Source of the DNA: Zygnema circumcarinatum SAG 698-1b
Taxonomy: Eukaryota > Plantae > Zygnematophyceae
NCBI GenBank assembly: GCA_037447605.1
Contig: CM074806.1
Span: forward strand, 4,092,001-4,156,000
Direction: 5' to 3'
Length of the DNA: 64,000 nucleotides
The notes beneath the pieces are model-generated. The model was not told the origin of the DNA and did no database searches. It saw only the letters and a program-made list of their open reading frames with translations. Of the stretch, positions 27,801-40,490 are shown in pieces. Numbering within the stretch: the first letter of the stretch is position 1; every line of letters starts with the position of its first letter. The position numbers and the translations under genes were made by a program.

Positions 27801-30393
27801 TCAGGTTCTGACCTTGCTCTTTCTCCCATTGAAGTTGCTGCTGTAGTTTATGGGTTCCATGTCGCTCTTCTTCAAGGGACCTTCCCACAGTTTCTATTTG
27901 CTCTTCCAAGAGACGCATTTTCCCAGTCTGATCTTCCAACGCCCTTTCCAAAAAGGCATTTTGCACGCTCTGCTCAATATCTTTTGCCAACATTATCTCA
28001 AGTTCACGCACCAATTGCTTTGACCTTTCTTTTTCCCTCTCCACCTCTTTTTGAAGATTCTCTAGGATCCGTCCGGACTCCAGTTCCCGCTCTTTCAACA
28101 TTCCCTCCACTTTTTGTTTCAGTGCAGTCTCTTTCCTCCAAAGTTCTTCCAACTCGCTGATCCTGTCTTCAAGAGTTCCGGATACCTTTTCCAGCTGAAT
28201 CACCTTCCCACGCTCCTCCTCCTTCGCTTTCAGAGCTTCTCTCAAATCCTCGTTAAATCTCCGCTCTGCCTGCCTCATTCTCTTATTTTCTTCCTCTAGA
28301 ATTGTTGCTCTGCATGATTCCTTATTAACTTCTCTTGCTAGTTCATCTCTTACTGCACATAACCGTCTATCTCGCTCCTTCAGCTCTCCAGCCACTCTGG
28401 CGGTCTCTCGCTTCTCCGATGCCAACTGTTTTGCCAAACTGTCAATCGTCAATTGCAGCTTATCCACGCGTTGCTCTAGCGCATACAACTCCTGCTCTTT
28501 CTGCTTCTTCTGATTCTGCGCTGACTTCGTCTCCTCAATGAAGATAAAAGACCTCTCCTTTGCTCGCATTAGCTGCTCCTTACCCAGTCCAGACTCCTCT
28601 GCTTCTTTTAAGGCCGCCATGGTTGCAATTGTGAGCTGCCTTTCTACCCTGTCTAGCTCAGCCTGCATCACTTTCAGCTGTTCAGCCCTTTCCTCTGCCA
28701 AGACACACATCTGGTCCCTCTGGGGAAGAACTTCGTGCAGCTTCCTCTCTAATACCGCTGCCCTCTTCTGCTCTGTTTCTAAGGCCCTCTCGCTTACCAA
28801 CCTTTGCTCCTTTACAACTGCTTCCAGTCCCTCATTCTCCTGCAACAGCTTCTCCACTTCATTTTCCTTAGACTGCAATAGCTCCGCCAATCCCTGCATG
28901 CCCTCAGTTGGAATGTCGAGAGCTACCCGCAACCCTTCGGCTTCTTCAATCCATTTGTCAGTCTTCACTCTCCATTCTTGTAAATTTCTCCGTGCTTCTT
29001 CAAGCTCCTGCTCCCGCATTTTTACCTGTCGTTGCAGTTCCTTCGCTTCTTCATTTGCTCTCTGTCGTTTTTCCTCCACTTGACAGCTCACTTGCATGGT
29101 CTCGTCGACTTTTCCTTGCATCACTTGAAGCTGATTCTGTAAGTGATTAGTCTGCGCCTGCATACTCAGCAATAAACAGTGGGCTTGCTCAAGCATCAAT
29201 AAAGATCTATCTCTCTGCTCCTCCAGCTTACCAACTAGCCGAACAGCAGCCCTCCCCCGTGCTTCTTCATTCATCAACTTTGCAGCAAGTTCCACCTTTC
29301 CACTCTCGTGATTCTTTTTCATTTGCTCAAACTCCACTTCCACCTGCTTTCCACGATCAGACAATGCTTGCACATGCCTATGAGAGAGGACTTCAAGCCT
29401 CCGATCACTCTCTGTTACCATCCTCGCCAATGTCTTTTCCACATTTTCCTTAGCTTCAACCAACTCAGCCACACGCCCTTCTAACTGAACACATGCAGCG
29501 GCCTGCTGCTCCACCTTCTCCTTCAACAAGACTTCCTCTGCCTCCATCACTTGCAGCCTGGTTTTCAACGCCTGCCTCTCCTCCAGTCGTGCATGTCTCT
29601 CCGTCTGCAGCTCCTCCATCAGCTGCCTGGCAAGCTCCCTCATCTCTCCCAGCTCTAGTTCCAATTTTTCTCGCCGCATTGTCTCTTCCTGCAATTCTAA
29701 GACGCCCACAAATTCCCCACTCGCCAACCTCTCTTCATTTGCTCGCTCCACCCGTAAGAACGCGTCGATTGCCTTCGACTGTTCCGCTAAATCCTTCTGC
29801 GCTTTTAGTTTTTCTTTCTCCGACTTCACTCTGTTCTCCTCCGCTTTCAGTTTCTCCTTTTCCGCTCTCACTCTTGCTGCTCTCTCCTCTGTAACTTGTC
29901 GCTCAAGCAACATCCTCTCCCCATATCCCTTTGCCAACTGCTCATTTACAGCACTGAATTGCTCCTGCAAACATTCAACTGAGCTGTTCCTTATCAGAGT
30001 TACAATCTCTTCATTCTTCCGAGCAATTACTTCATCCTTCTCCTTGTTCTCCTTCTGCTCCCTCACCAGCTGGCGGCCCAAGGAAACGATCCTCTCCTCA
30101 AGAGCAACAATCTCCTGAGCCAGGTCTTCCACAGCCTTCTCCTGCGCTAGCTCCTGCACCGACTGCACCTCCATCGAAGCCGAGAGAGGGCGGTGAGGCG
30201 CGGAAACGCTAACGGGAGGCAGGCACTCGGAAGGCCGAGACAGAGTAGGCGAGGGAAAGAATGCGTCGGGAGACGTAGATTCACCCCGCGAAGTAGCAGG
30301 AGGAGAGGGCGAGGGAGAGGACGACGGAGAGGGAGAGGAAGAGGTAGAGCGCGAGGGCGACGCCTGCTGCAGGGGCTGCCCAGAGCCCGCCAT
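24813..30393 (-). CDS. Large coiled-coil protein with a WPP-domain-associated protein (WAP)-like C-terminus
   Basis: A 4.2-kb first exon (30393-26201) encodes E/K/Q/R/L-rich heptads. Spliced downstream exons read RYKEQERKLEKGKSNYLKAERE|VLLFSKDVQELNVFVAETEHMLNSYAPVLRHFPG, resembling the recalled plant WAP tail (KAEAEVDLLGDEV...DHYSPILKHYPG). The last exon (24909-24813) is tentative. Confidence 0.75.
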
Positions 30394-30959
30394 GGCTCCT
30401 GGAGCCGTTAGGGCGAATTCAAACACCGCCGCTGAACCTGCTGCACCTGCTTGAAATGGCCTGTCGCGATATTAAGGATATATCGCAATATCGGTATACT
30501 CGTTAATTACGGTATTGCGAGCTCATAATCGATATTGGAACAATGTGATATATCGAACATGTCACAATTGATCCCAATATATCTCGATATATCCTTCTAT
30601 CACTACGTAGGCAAACTCTCCCTTTTCCCTCCCGTATCCTCCTCTCCATTTGCGCCTCTCTCTGTCTGGAAGAGCCGGCGGCTTATCTGCCTTGCCAGTG
30701 CTATTCTTACCTCTCCCGTTGAATGTATTAGAGACGGATGGAAGAAATCTTGCCCGGCCCTTGGGAGATCGGAAGGGCTACCTCTTCTCTCACAGATTGT
30801 CCATGGTCAATTTTCCACAATCTTTGTTCTGGCAGATGTCTGTCTCTCCCATGGGAAGCAGCAGCGAACTTTCAGCAGGAAAGGACGAGCCTATTCTTGC
30901 AAGCCTCGGTCTCGCGAAAATAAAATACGTTGACCTTTCGTATTGGGCGAATTCTCATA

Positions 30960-33581
30960 ATGATGTCCTCCGCCATTTCCTACTCTTCTCACATCTCGAG
31001 CTTCTTCCTCTCCGCTTCTTACTCTCCCGGTTTCCTCCAGAGAACGCATGCTATCCTTGATCCTGAAACCCTACCCTATCCATCCTCCACTCGTTTCTCT
31101 CGGCCCAAAGCTCTACTAGGAGATGCGTCTCTAAAGCTGCAGCAAAGCAGCGGCAGCAATGGCCCCCAAAGCCCTAAGCTCCCTCTACCTGTTCCGCACA
31201 AGCAGCGGTCTCCCTCTTTGCCTCGCCCGTTACTCTCTCCCCTCCGAAAATCCCCTATGCTTCGCCCAGGAAACCAGCCGCCTTCGAGCCAACAGCTGGC
31301 AAGCCTTGCACATGCCATCATCGCCTTACAGCCGGGAATTGCTGAACACTGTGATGTGAAACGAGGAGTGGCAGCACTGCTGGAGCAGAACAGCTCCAAG
31401 CTTTCACGCGGGTCTCTTGCAGTACTAATTCGCGAACTTGGTAGGCGAGGAGCTGTGGAGAAAGCCACGCACGTGTACGCGTGGATGCTGGAAAAGGTGC
31501 ATCTATCGCCGGATGATGCCACATATGCTACTCTTATCTCTGTGGCAGTGGAAGCAAGGCAGATGGTGCTTGCAGAAAAGCTGCGTTCCACCATGGCTCG
31601 GAAAAAAGTGTCACTTTCAGCGCAGAGCCTAAAAGCTTTAGTGATGGCCTACGCTCGAGCAGGTCAATACGAGCAGGTTTCGCAGGTTTTGAGAGATGGC
31701 GGCCGAGAGAATGATGACCGAGTGAATGCATGGATATATGCAAAATTGATCGAATGTGCAAGCAAGGCTGGGAATAGGAAGGTTGTCGAGCTTTTGCTGC
31801 AAGAGATGTATCGATTCATAGAGCTCACGACTGCTGGGGGAGAGTCACAAAATTCCACTTTTTTTGGGCCGCAAAATAGAGAGCTAAGTAGCAGATTAAT
31901 TGCTGCGTGCAGCAAAGTAGGGCTAGAAATGGAAATCGACAGCCTTGTAAAGAAGCTGGAAGGTGCAGACTGTTCGAGGAGGGGAACCATTTATAATTTG
32001 GGGGGAAGAAGGGCTGCAGGAAGTATGAACGGTTCTGTCGACTTGGTAAATTGGACCGCGATTATCAGCGCCTATTTGAGGGCAGGAAGGCTTGGAGACG
32101 CAGCCGTGGAATGCTGGAAGATGCAGATGGCTGGCGTGGAGCTTGACCTTATAGCATATCGCACCATGCTGCAAGTTTTTGTGGAGGTGAGGGCCAAATA
32201 ACACCAGATTATTTTTAGGGTTTTCGGGACTCCCTGCAAGCGCTTTTGTTGGCGGTAGTGTGTGGCAGAGGTTCTAGTACCGTTAAAGGCCTGAATTGAC
32301 TCTCAGTATATTTCAGTGCAGGAGTATGCACGTTTTGAATGTGGAATAGCATCAATGCTGCGTTTATGGTTTATAAATACATATTCGGGAGATAGTCTGC
32401 ATTCAATCCATGTAATGTAGTACTAATCGTAAAGATGCTCGAGACTGTAGTCTGCATTCAATCCATGTAATGTAGTACTAATCGTAAAGATGCTCGAGAC
32501 TGTGCATTGTCAAGGAGCAAGAACTAAGAAGCGTTCGTTGACCTTCTTCGGATGCCAGGGGAAAGACACTGTAAAAGCGGCCAACCTCCTGAAACAGATG
32601 CGGAAAGAGGGACAGCACCCGACACTTGCCGAGTACAACTCCCTCGTCGGACTGTACTGCAAGCAGGGCTTCCCGGAGAAGGGAAAAGATGTGATGAAAG
32701 AGATGCAGATGGCTGGCCTCGCCCCAAATGCGGAGACTTATAATCATGTGATCGGCGCTTTTTTGGAGATGGGGTGTAAGGACAATGCCTTGCAAACAGT
32801 CAAGACAATGAGAAGTGTAGGAATTGCTCCAAATCTTGACACTCATTCTGTAACGATAGAAATGTATCTACAAACCGAAGAATGGGAGAAGTTGGAGCTT
32901 GAAATTCATACGGTGCAAGAAAAGGGAATGTCCCTTAAAGGCAAGGTAGCAGCAGGGGTGGTACGGGCGTATGTGAGAGCGGGAAGGTGGGCACAGCTCA
33001 GGGATTTATTCAGGGACCTAAAGGTATCGGGAATGAGAGAAGGAACGAAGTTCGCGTTTCAGCAATTGGAGGTAATGAAGATGGAGAAGCAGCAAAAGCG
33101 TGATGACTTCTGCTTACAGTTTGAGACCTGCTGTCAAGACGGGCATGTGGAAAATGGTAAACAGATCCTTTTCGACATCCAAAAGATTGAGGGTATCGAA
33201 GTGAGCAGCCAGACTTATGAAGAGCTTCTCCAAGTCTGTAAGCGAAACGATCAGCTGCAACTTAGCATCTTTATGGGGGAGTTGATGAGAAAGAGTGGAA
33301 GAAAGCTTACCGTGAAAATGCATTTTCTGCTGGTGGAAGCCTATTCGGTTGCAGGTGATGTTGTGGGCGCTATAGGGGAGGCACAAGCGGTGATGGGTCA
33401 GAACCATGCTCTCCCAAAGGAGCTAGCGAGGCTGCTCGTGGAGGCATACATCAGAGCTGGGAAGGCCAACACTTTGGGGCGACAATTGCAAGACCTAAAA
33501 ATCTGTGGCGCACCTTTTGGGTCTTTACCTTTCCAGCAATGGGTTTGGCTGGAGATGCCCGAGGCCTGCGATTGGTTGTGA
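30960..33581 (+). CDS. P-class pentatricopeptide repeat protein, probably organelle-targeted
   Basis: Ser/Pro-rich N-terminus. PPR motifs include SPDDATYATLISVAV, VNWTAIISAYLRAGRLGDA, PTLAEYNSLVGLYCKQG and APNAETYNHVIGAF. One phase-0 intron at 32187-32558. Confidence 0.88.
32393..32502. repeat. Perfect 55-bp tandem duplication in PPR intron
   Basis: tagtctgcattcaatccatgtaatgtagtactaatcgtaaagatgctcgagactg occurs twice back-to-back. Confidence 0.95.
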
Positions 33582-34315
33582 ATACGGAGAAAAATAAAGA
33601 AGGCTAGAGAGTCAGGGTTCAGCGCTTGGCATGTACAGTTTGGGAGGGGAAGGGATTCTTTTCTAGAAATTAAAGGAGCTTAATGCACCTGCATAAAATC
33701 TCGTCAACCATCAAGCTACTGGCTGCGAAGATGTACCTCGATATAAGCAATCATTGTACAATATCACTTTTTGTTGGCTCTCTAGGAGCGGCTCCTCCCC
33801 TCACTGTCACTGTCTTTGTGAGTCGGCCTCAAACTTCCTCGTCGCTTTTGCCTTTTCAAAAACACTTTGATTTTTTTTCCAACAAGTTATCCTATCTGTG
33901 CTTTTATTTCCTTATGGGAGCCATCCTGTTTGCGCACATCCAGCACCACACTCTACCGACTGACTCCCTTTCTTACATCATTCCCATTCGACTGACCTAC
34001 AGACTAGATAATCAATTTCAGATGCATGAAGGTACCTTCATATCCTTAATGAAGTCAGCGCCCAAACCCTTGCGACTGACAGCCGATGCCGGGAAAACAT
34101 GCCACAAGCCTTTGCCAGTAGCTAGAGTCACGACCAATTGGTGATGACTACCGGCACGTCCACCATTAGCAGTTTTTCAAACCAACCATAACCGGACGAA
34201 CTTTGAACAACCCTAATTCGAGCACTAGCCCTAACCCCTTCCGTAAGCCCAAGCCCTAACCAACGAATGGGCGAGGTCTTAAGGTTTGGAGCTCTAAGGA
34301 CACTGGGCTGTGGCA

Positions 34316-37079
34316 TCAACCCGCCCAGTCGCGAGGCCGCCTCAGAACTTCGACCAATTCCGCTTCTCGGGAACCCTCCTCCGGAACGCGGTTGTACTTC
34401 CAAGCAATCAAAGGCGGAGCTGCAGACAAAGGCCGAGAGGATGAGACCAAGCATAGCCAAAAAAGGCCACATCAATTCAAAGAATCCAAACCCATGAAAA
34501 GTGAGAAGGAGGAAGCGGGCGGGCGGGAGAGGGAGAGGGAGACAGGGAGGAGCGAGAGAGAGGCACACACCCGAAACCATGATTGACTACATGCGACGGT
34601 TTGTGGGAAGGACGAAGCGGGAGGGGGAGAGAGAGGGATGGATTTTCACCTGAAACCATGATAGACTCCACTCGACCGCCATCCAAGCCAAACCGCACTC
34701 CTCGGTCATAGAGTAAGTTGAATTCAAGATAACGTCCCCGCCGGACCAACTGCCACTCTCTCTCCCTCTCTCCAAAGGCTGTCTTCCGCCTTCTTTCAGC
34801 AATCGGCAAATAGCTCGGCAAAAACCCTTCTCCCACTTCCTTAACAAATGCGAACACCTCATCTATACCGTCAGCCTCTCCCTTTCCACCCCTGGGCGTA
34901 GATGACGCTCTCTCCATGCTTTCAGTTTCAGCCGTTTCTGTGCCTGGGCTTACTATCGATCCATTGTCGGCAAAGTGGTCCAGATCGTCAAAGAAGATCC
35001 CCCCTATGCCTCTGTGCTCCTTCCTTGCTGGAATGTAGAAATACTTATCACAAAGTGCTTTACTTCGATGGTAAAGGGTTGGGTGATGAAGGTCACAAAC
35101 TTCTTGCCAGAAATGATGAAAGTCTTGCGCATCTTGTTCATACAGATCTACAGCAACCCAGAGAAGACAGCTAAAATTCAAGGTGCGATCTTATGTTCGA
35201 GAGCTTTTGAATGAGATCAACATGCGAAGGAATGACTGTAGTGAAGCATAACAAGATAAACAGAATGAAACAAAACAAAGCATCTCCCTCCGCGTCCCTC
35301 AACTTGATCACTTAATCCATGTTGTCCCATATCTACCACCAGTTCCTCGTTTGCCAGATCATCGTTCGTCCCATTTTTTGCTTTATTTAAATGCGAAACT
35401 CAAAAGCTGCACTAAAGTGCAAAATAGAGACATAAAATACAGCTCTTAATGATGCTCCATCACGCCCAATGGCCTCAAGAGTCATTGACAAAATGCTGTA
35501 GATGAATGAATGAAACAAAGGAAAAAGGAAGCAAGTCTTACAACATGGCGTAAGGTCCGCTCCTCCTCCAAACCACCCTCCACTTCCCTCCACCTATACA
35601 ACCAGTCAAAGAAGCTTTCAGAAATAGGTAGGATGCTACTACGACACTCTACGAAGGCCACTTGTGTGAATGGGAAAGAGATGCATCATCTGAGTGAGTT
35701 TATGATAAATGTGTTTTCACAATTTCTGCAATGCTGCTTGAGCATCAGGAAGATAAACTACTTGAAAAGCAGCTTCTTTACCTGAAAGTAGCGAATGTCG
35801 GCACGGAAGGTGGGTACATGCGGGTTTCGAGGGTGGAAAACCAGAGAGAGGGCCCCAGCAAAATAGGGGGTCCCTGCCGCCACAACCTTACCTCTTGAGC
35901 TCATGGCCTGCAATTCCGCCAAACATTTGAACCGAATCAAGTTCTTGGCCCTTTCCAAACTTCACATGCATGGCCCGCAATATAGGAGCCCCTAGCTCGG
36001 AGGCATAAACCAATTATATTCGGATACCTTACAACATATTGTGGCATATTCTCCCAGAAGGTACTTAAATGAACGAATCTCCCTGTACATGCCGCAAAAT
36101 ACTGCAGTAACAATATAATCAATTCAATGTTTCAATTGGAGTCTACCATAAGAATTGAGTATACCTGAGCACGAGTCATTGACAGAGTCCCCCTGATAAT
36201 AGAGACGTTTGCTGCTGCCTTTTCCAGCAAGTCCCCTTCCTCGAGAACCCTCGTTATCCCATAACTGCACAGCCCAAACCTTCATAATCAACTAAATTAT
36301 CCAAACAATCAGACGAATGCAGAATCATCCGCGGTGCTCTTGCAGACAAAGACATATAGGTGAGAAGACGACTAAGATAGATGTGCATGCGAGAGCATGA
36401 GGCACGTTGTTCAAATATTTTTGTAAGAATCACGCACCCTACCCAGCAGAAGGGTCGCTTCCTCGATGCCACTTGTCAAAAATAAACTCTTTACAACTTC
36501 CATCTGCTTCTGCAGTCTGCAATCAAACACAAAAGTACAAGAAGATCGCTCCCATGCATCAATAAAATATAAGACGGCTGGACGCACCACACATTGGGAC
36601 CTGCATTGAAGTGCATCCATAATCAGCATCTGACAAAGGTCCATTCTGAATAGCACTTACACGGCCACAAAAAATAATGCTACAGTTAAACATCATGGCA
36701 TTTTCTGCAGAATGTCAATTACCTCTGCACATATCTTCTCCTGCAGTTCAAGAAGGAAACTTTCATAGCTGTCAGCATTGAATTCCCTGGGACTGATTCG
36801 AGATTCTTTTGCTGCGGCAGTGCCGGAGTGGAGGACGGAGCAGGCAGTTCCTCCACTCCGTCCTCCACGAAATGCTCTTTCTATTTTCCATCTCCTGTCA
36901 GGAGAGGAGAGCTTCCAGCGTCTTGACCCATTCAAGGCCCTTCCTACTACACGTTGAAACTGAAGTTTGGATCTGGAGGAAGACCATGGCGACGAATGCA
37001 GACATCTGCAAGTGCTGCTGCATTGCAGCTCTGCAGGAAGTCGCACTGTAGCTGGCGATGCTGGCACGAGGGCAGCCAT
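34316..37079 (-). CDS. hemF: Oxygen-dependent coproporphyrinogen III oxidase (HemF family), plastid transit peptide
   Basis: Motifs include SLVFHPRNPHVPT, WFGGGADLTP, CDKYFYIPARKEHRGIGGIFFDDL, QLVRRGRYLEFNLLYDRGVRFGL and ESIMVS|APPLIAWKYN...LRRPRDWAG*. Confidence 0.95.
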
Positions 37080-38302
37080 GGCTGGGCAAGAAGTGAACTC
37101 AAAGGCTCATGGATGAAGAGCTAGAGAGAAAGCAGCCTCCTTTCACATCATAGCTACACTGGAGCTTTCAGGACTGTCAAAAAAAATAGTTAGGGGCTGG
37201 GCAACGTTCAGGAAGCAGCGGCAAACTATGGTGATGTTGAGCAAGCCATACAATTTAACTAGAATGGTTCAAACCTTCAAAACAAGGAGAAGAAACGTCA
37301 ATGACATAAAAAAAAACGTCATTGTTTGTTGTATTTTTCAGTCTGCAGCTACTGCAAGCCTGCTCTTGGTCAGGCTGCCAGCCAGCCAGGATCCACAACG
37401 AACTGCAAAATTTGGATCCACTGAACTACTCGTTGCTGATTCGTCGATCTACTTTCAGTGGACTCTGAACAGCCTTCTAGAAATGGGGCTGAACCTCGCG
37501 GTAGTCAGCTGGTTATTAGCTAGTCATTTGGTGACTAATCGTTTAATCAACTAAGTAGTGTTTTTGGTCATTTGACGAAGCCAAGCTTTAGTTAGACTTA
37601 ATTGACTAACTTTCACTATCGGTTACAGCAGTGCAGCCTTCAAGATTAGGGTTTGCTTTCATTAATTGAAGGAGGACGAGAGGAGAGAGAGAGGAGAGAG
37701 AGCAGAGAAGAGGGAGAAAAAGAGAGAGAGAGAAGGAGAGTAATAGAGAGAGAGAGGAGCGAGAGAGAGAAGAGAGAGGAGAGAGAGAATAGGGAGAGTA
37801 GGGGGAGCAGGAACAGAAGAAGCAGGAAGACGAGGGATTGAAACCCTAACAGCGAATGTAGCGTAGTCTAGTGTAGTGGAGAGTAGAGAGATTAAGATGA
37901 TGAAGATGCAGTTTATGCAGCGTGTGATATCGCAAATGCTGCACTGATTATTCGATTGTTTTGGGGAGAGATGATGATGGTGTGATTAAGGCCTCTGCTC
38001 TTCCGGCTTTCTTACAGTGATTGGAAGGGTATAACACTTTCTTTCTCTCCTGGCTCTTCTTCTCCCTCTCCAACCTCTCCCAAACCTGTCTCACTGTCTC
38101 CATCTCCCTTGTCCTCTCGTACTTGGCCCTTTATCTCCGCCGACACCTCACTCCTTTCCACCCTCCCCCTCGCTCTATACCCCCCCTCTTCCCCACCCTA
38201 TCCCCTCTGTCCCTCTCTTCCCCCCCCCTCTTACCTTACCTCCTCCTCCACTGTCTCTTTCTTTGTCTCTCGCTCTATACAAATAAGTACCTTGTTAGCA
38301 AC

Positions 38303-40490
38303 ATGGCAAAAGTATCACTCCAGCTGTACGACATTACCAACAGTCCAAGCGAGAAGACGAACAATGTCATCGTTCAGATCAATAAAGTTATGCGCGACAA
38401 CATGGGAGTCGGCGGGATCTTCCATGGAGCTGTTGAGGTACTTAGTCTAATCCACTATTGATTTGCTCTAATTCTGATTTGGACGCAGAGCTACAGCTCA
38501 GTTACTTCAGGCATATTTGCAGCTAAATCGCAAGATAAAGAGGAGTCTTACGGTAGAACAGTTACCCAGATTTAAATTCAATGATTTTGCTGTTTAGGAC
38601 CACTTACATGTACTGTTGAGCGATCGCTAACTTATGTCTTTTAATGACTCTTGATGTGTTAAGTGTTATCTTATTTGCCTCAGGCGAACAGGATAGGAAG
38701 GTGAGGGAGAGGCTCATTATTCTTGGCAGTCATGGATGAGTGAATGATCTTTTATGCCTTCGCTTGCGACACTGTGCGCAGTGGAAACAATTACGCTCAA
38801 TTAAATTACGGTTCTAGGAATTAGGATTCTTGCAACCGCATCTTAGGCGTTACTCGGCTCTTTTACTGGAGGCATAACTGCTTAGAGAGACAGGAGGGAG
38901 AGAGGAAGGGAAGTGAGCGAGCAAGAGGAAATGGCAGGAGAGCCTCTTTTACTTCGGCTTCTCTTTTCGGTGTACTTATCTAACTTCACATATTGACTAA
39001 GTCAAAATCTTTCTCATGCCTCTGCTCTCTAAACAACTCGCATCACCATCCATAATAGGCCCCACATATTGCTTTCCGAGGTCAGAATATTCCCTTAGTA
39101 TTTCCTATTGCTTGCAGGTGTATGGCAAGGAGTGGTCCTACGGGTATTGTGAAGGCGGTTCGGGAGTATTCAGCTGCCCTCCGAAGGGAAACCCAATGTA
39201 CAGATGGAGGGAGACGATTGAGCTCGGAGTTACTGTGATGGACGAACGGCGTGTGAAAGAACTGCTGAGAAACCTCAGTCAGGAGTGGGAGGGCAGCGCC
39301 TACGACCTTCTCCAGAAGAACTGCAATCACTTCTGCGACGAGTTTTCGCAACAATTAGGTGCAGGAAGTATTCCAGGTGAGGCAGCACTTGGAGGGAGAA
39401 GAGAGGGAGAAAGTAAAGGGATACGTATTTTACTCGAAGCAGGCCACATGAAATCACAAACAATCACTTTAATTTAAACCGTTCTGTTGTATGGTCTGTA
39501 GCAATGGGCAGCTTGTCTTTCCTTTTTTGTTGCTTGCATCTCCCTATTCTCAGGGTCGTCCCTCTCTACACCATAATGTCTGCAATCTCGTTGTTTCTCT
39601 TATTTGAAATTGAAAATTATTTTTTAAGAAAAAAGCTTAAAGTAAGAGAAATTGTCTTGTGCAGTTTTGTCTTGTACATTTGTTGCCGTAGGTGTCGCCA
39701 CCTTTGTTGGGGATTTTGGTGTATGTCTGCTGGACCTTTATTGAAATGTATTCGTCGCCTCTGCTAAATTTCCTTTGCGGCTTCCTATTTTGCAGTGTGG
39801 GTAAATCGCTTCGCAAACATTGGCGAGTCAGCAGCAGATTTCGCAGCAAAATCGAGTGTGCAGGTGAGGCTGAGGCATTTGAAAGCTCAAACTTTGTCAC
39901 TATGATAGTTTTTGCTGCAAACTACACCAAACTGGGCTTTGTGGTTCCTTGGTGTTTTGTGTACATCGTGGGTTTTGTGGATCTTCAGTATGTGATATCT
40001 GCTCCTTCGTTCTTTGAACATGACTTCTGAGCTAGAGATATTGGGACAGAAACCTCCCTCGTCTTCCCCCCCCTTCCTCTCTCCCCCGCCCTCCTTCCAC
40101 CTTTTCTCTCCCTGTGCGTATGCATAGGTGAAGATAAGAAGACCGTGGAAGTCTGGCTTGGGTGATTAAGCGATAACACAACCTTTCTTTGGGCTATTGG
40201 GGTTGGCCGCTCGTTCTATTGAATAGCTTCAACGGTTTCAGGACGATGTCTATGGAGCCAGCCGAGCTGCATTAAACTACATCTGGGGCTCTTCAAAGGA
40301 GGAAAAGCAAGGCGAAAAGGAGGAGAGTGGAGAGTGGAACAGAGGCAAAGGAGCGGACTGGCTGCTGGCGGGCAACTGGCACGAGGGTGTACCAGCCAAT
40401 GGAAAGCACATTTTGCCGGATGAGAGAGAAGTTTCTCACGAAAAACTCGGAGTTGGTTCAAGCAATAGTCCAATAGCGAAGAATACCTGA
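38303..40490 (+). CDS. DeSI/PPPDE family cysteine peptidase (C97)
   Basis: MAKVSLQLYDIT...GGIFHGAVE|VYGKEWSYG (catalytic His) ... YDLLQKNCNHFCDEF (catalytic Cys) ... IP|VWVNRFANIG. Four exons. Confidence 0.92.

Noticed and set aside
26439-30411. Plus-strand Ser/Leu-rich ORFs (similarly minus-strand ORFs at 47388-49778)
   Set aside because: Antisense shadows of purine-rich coding exons.
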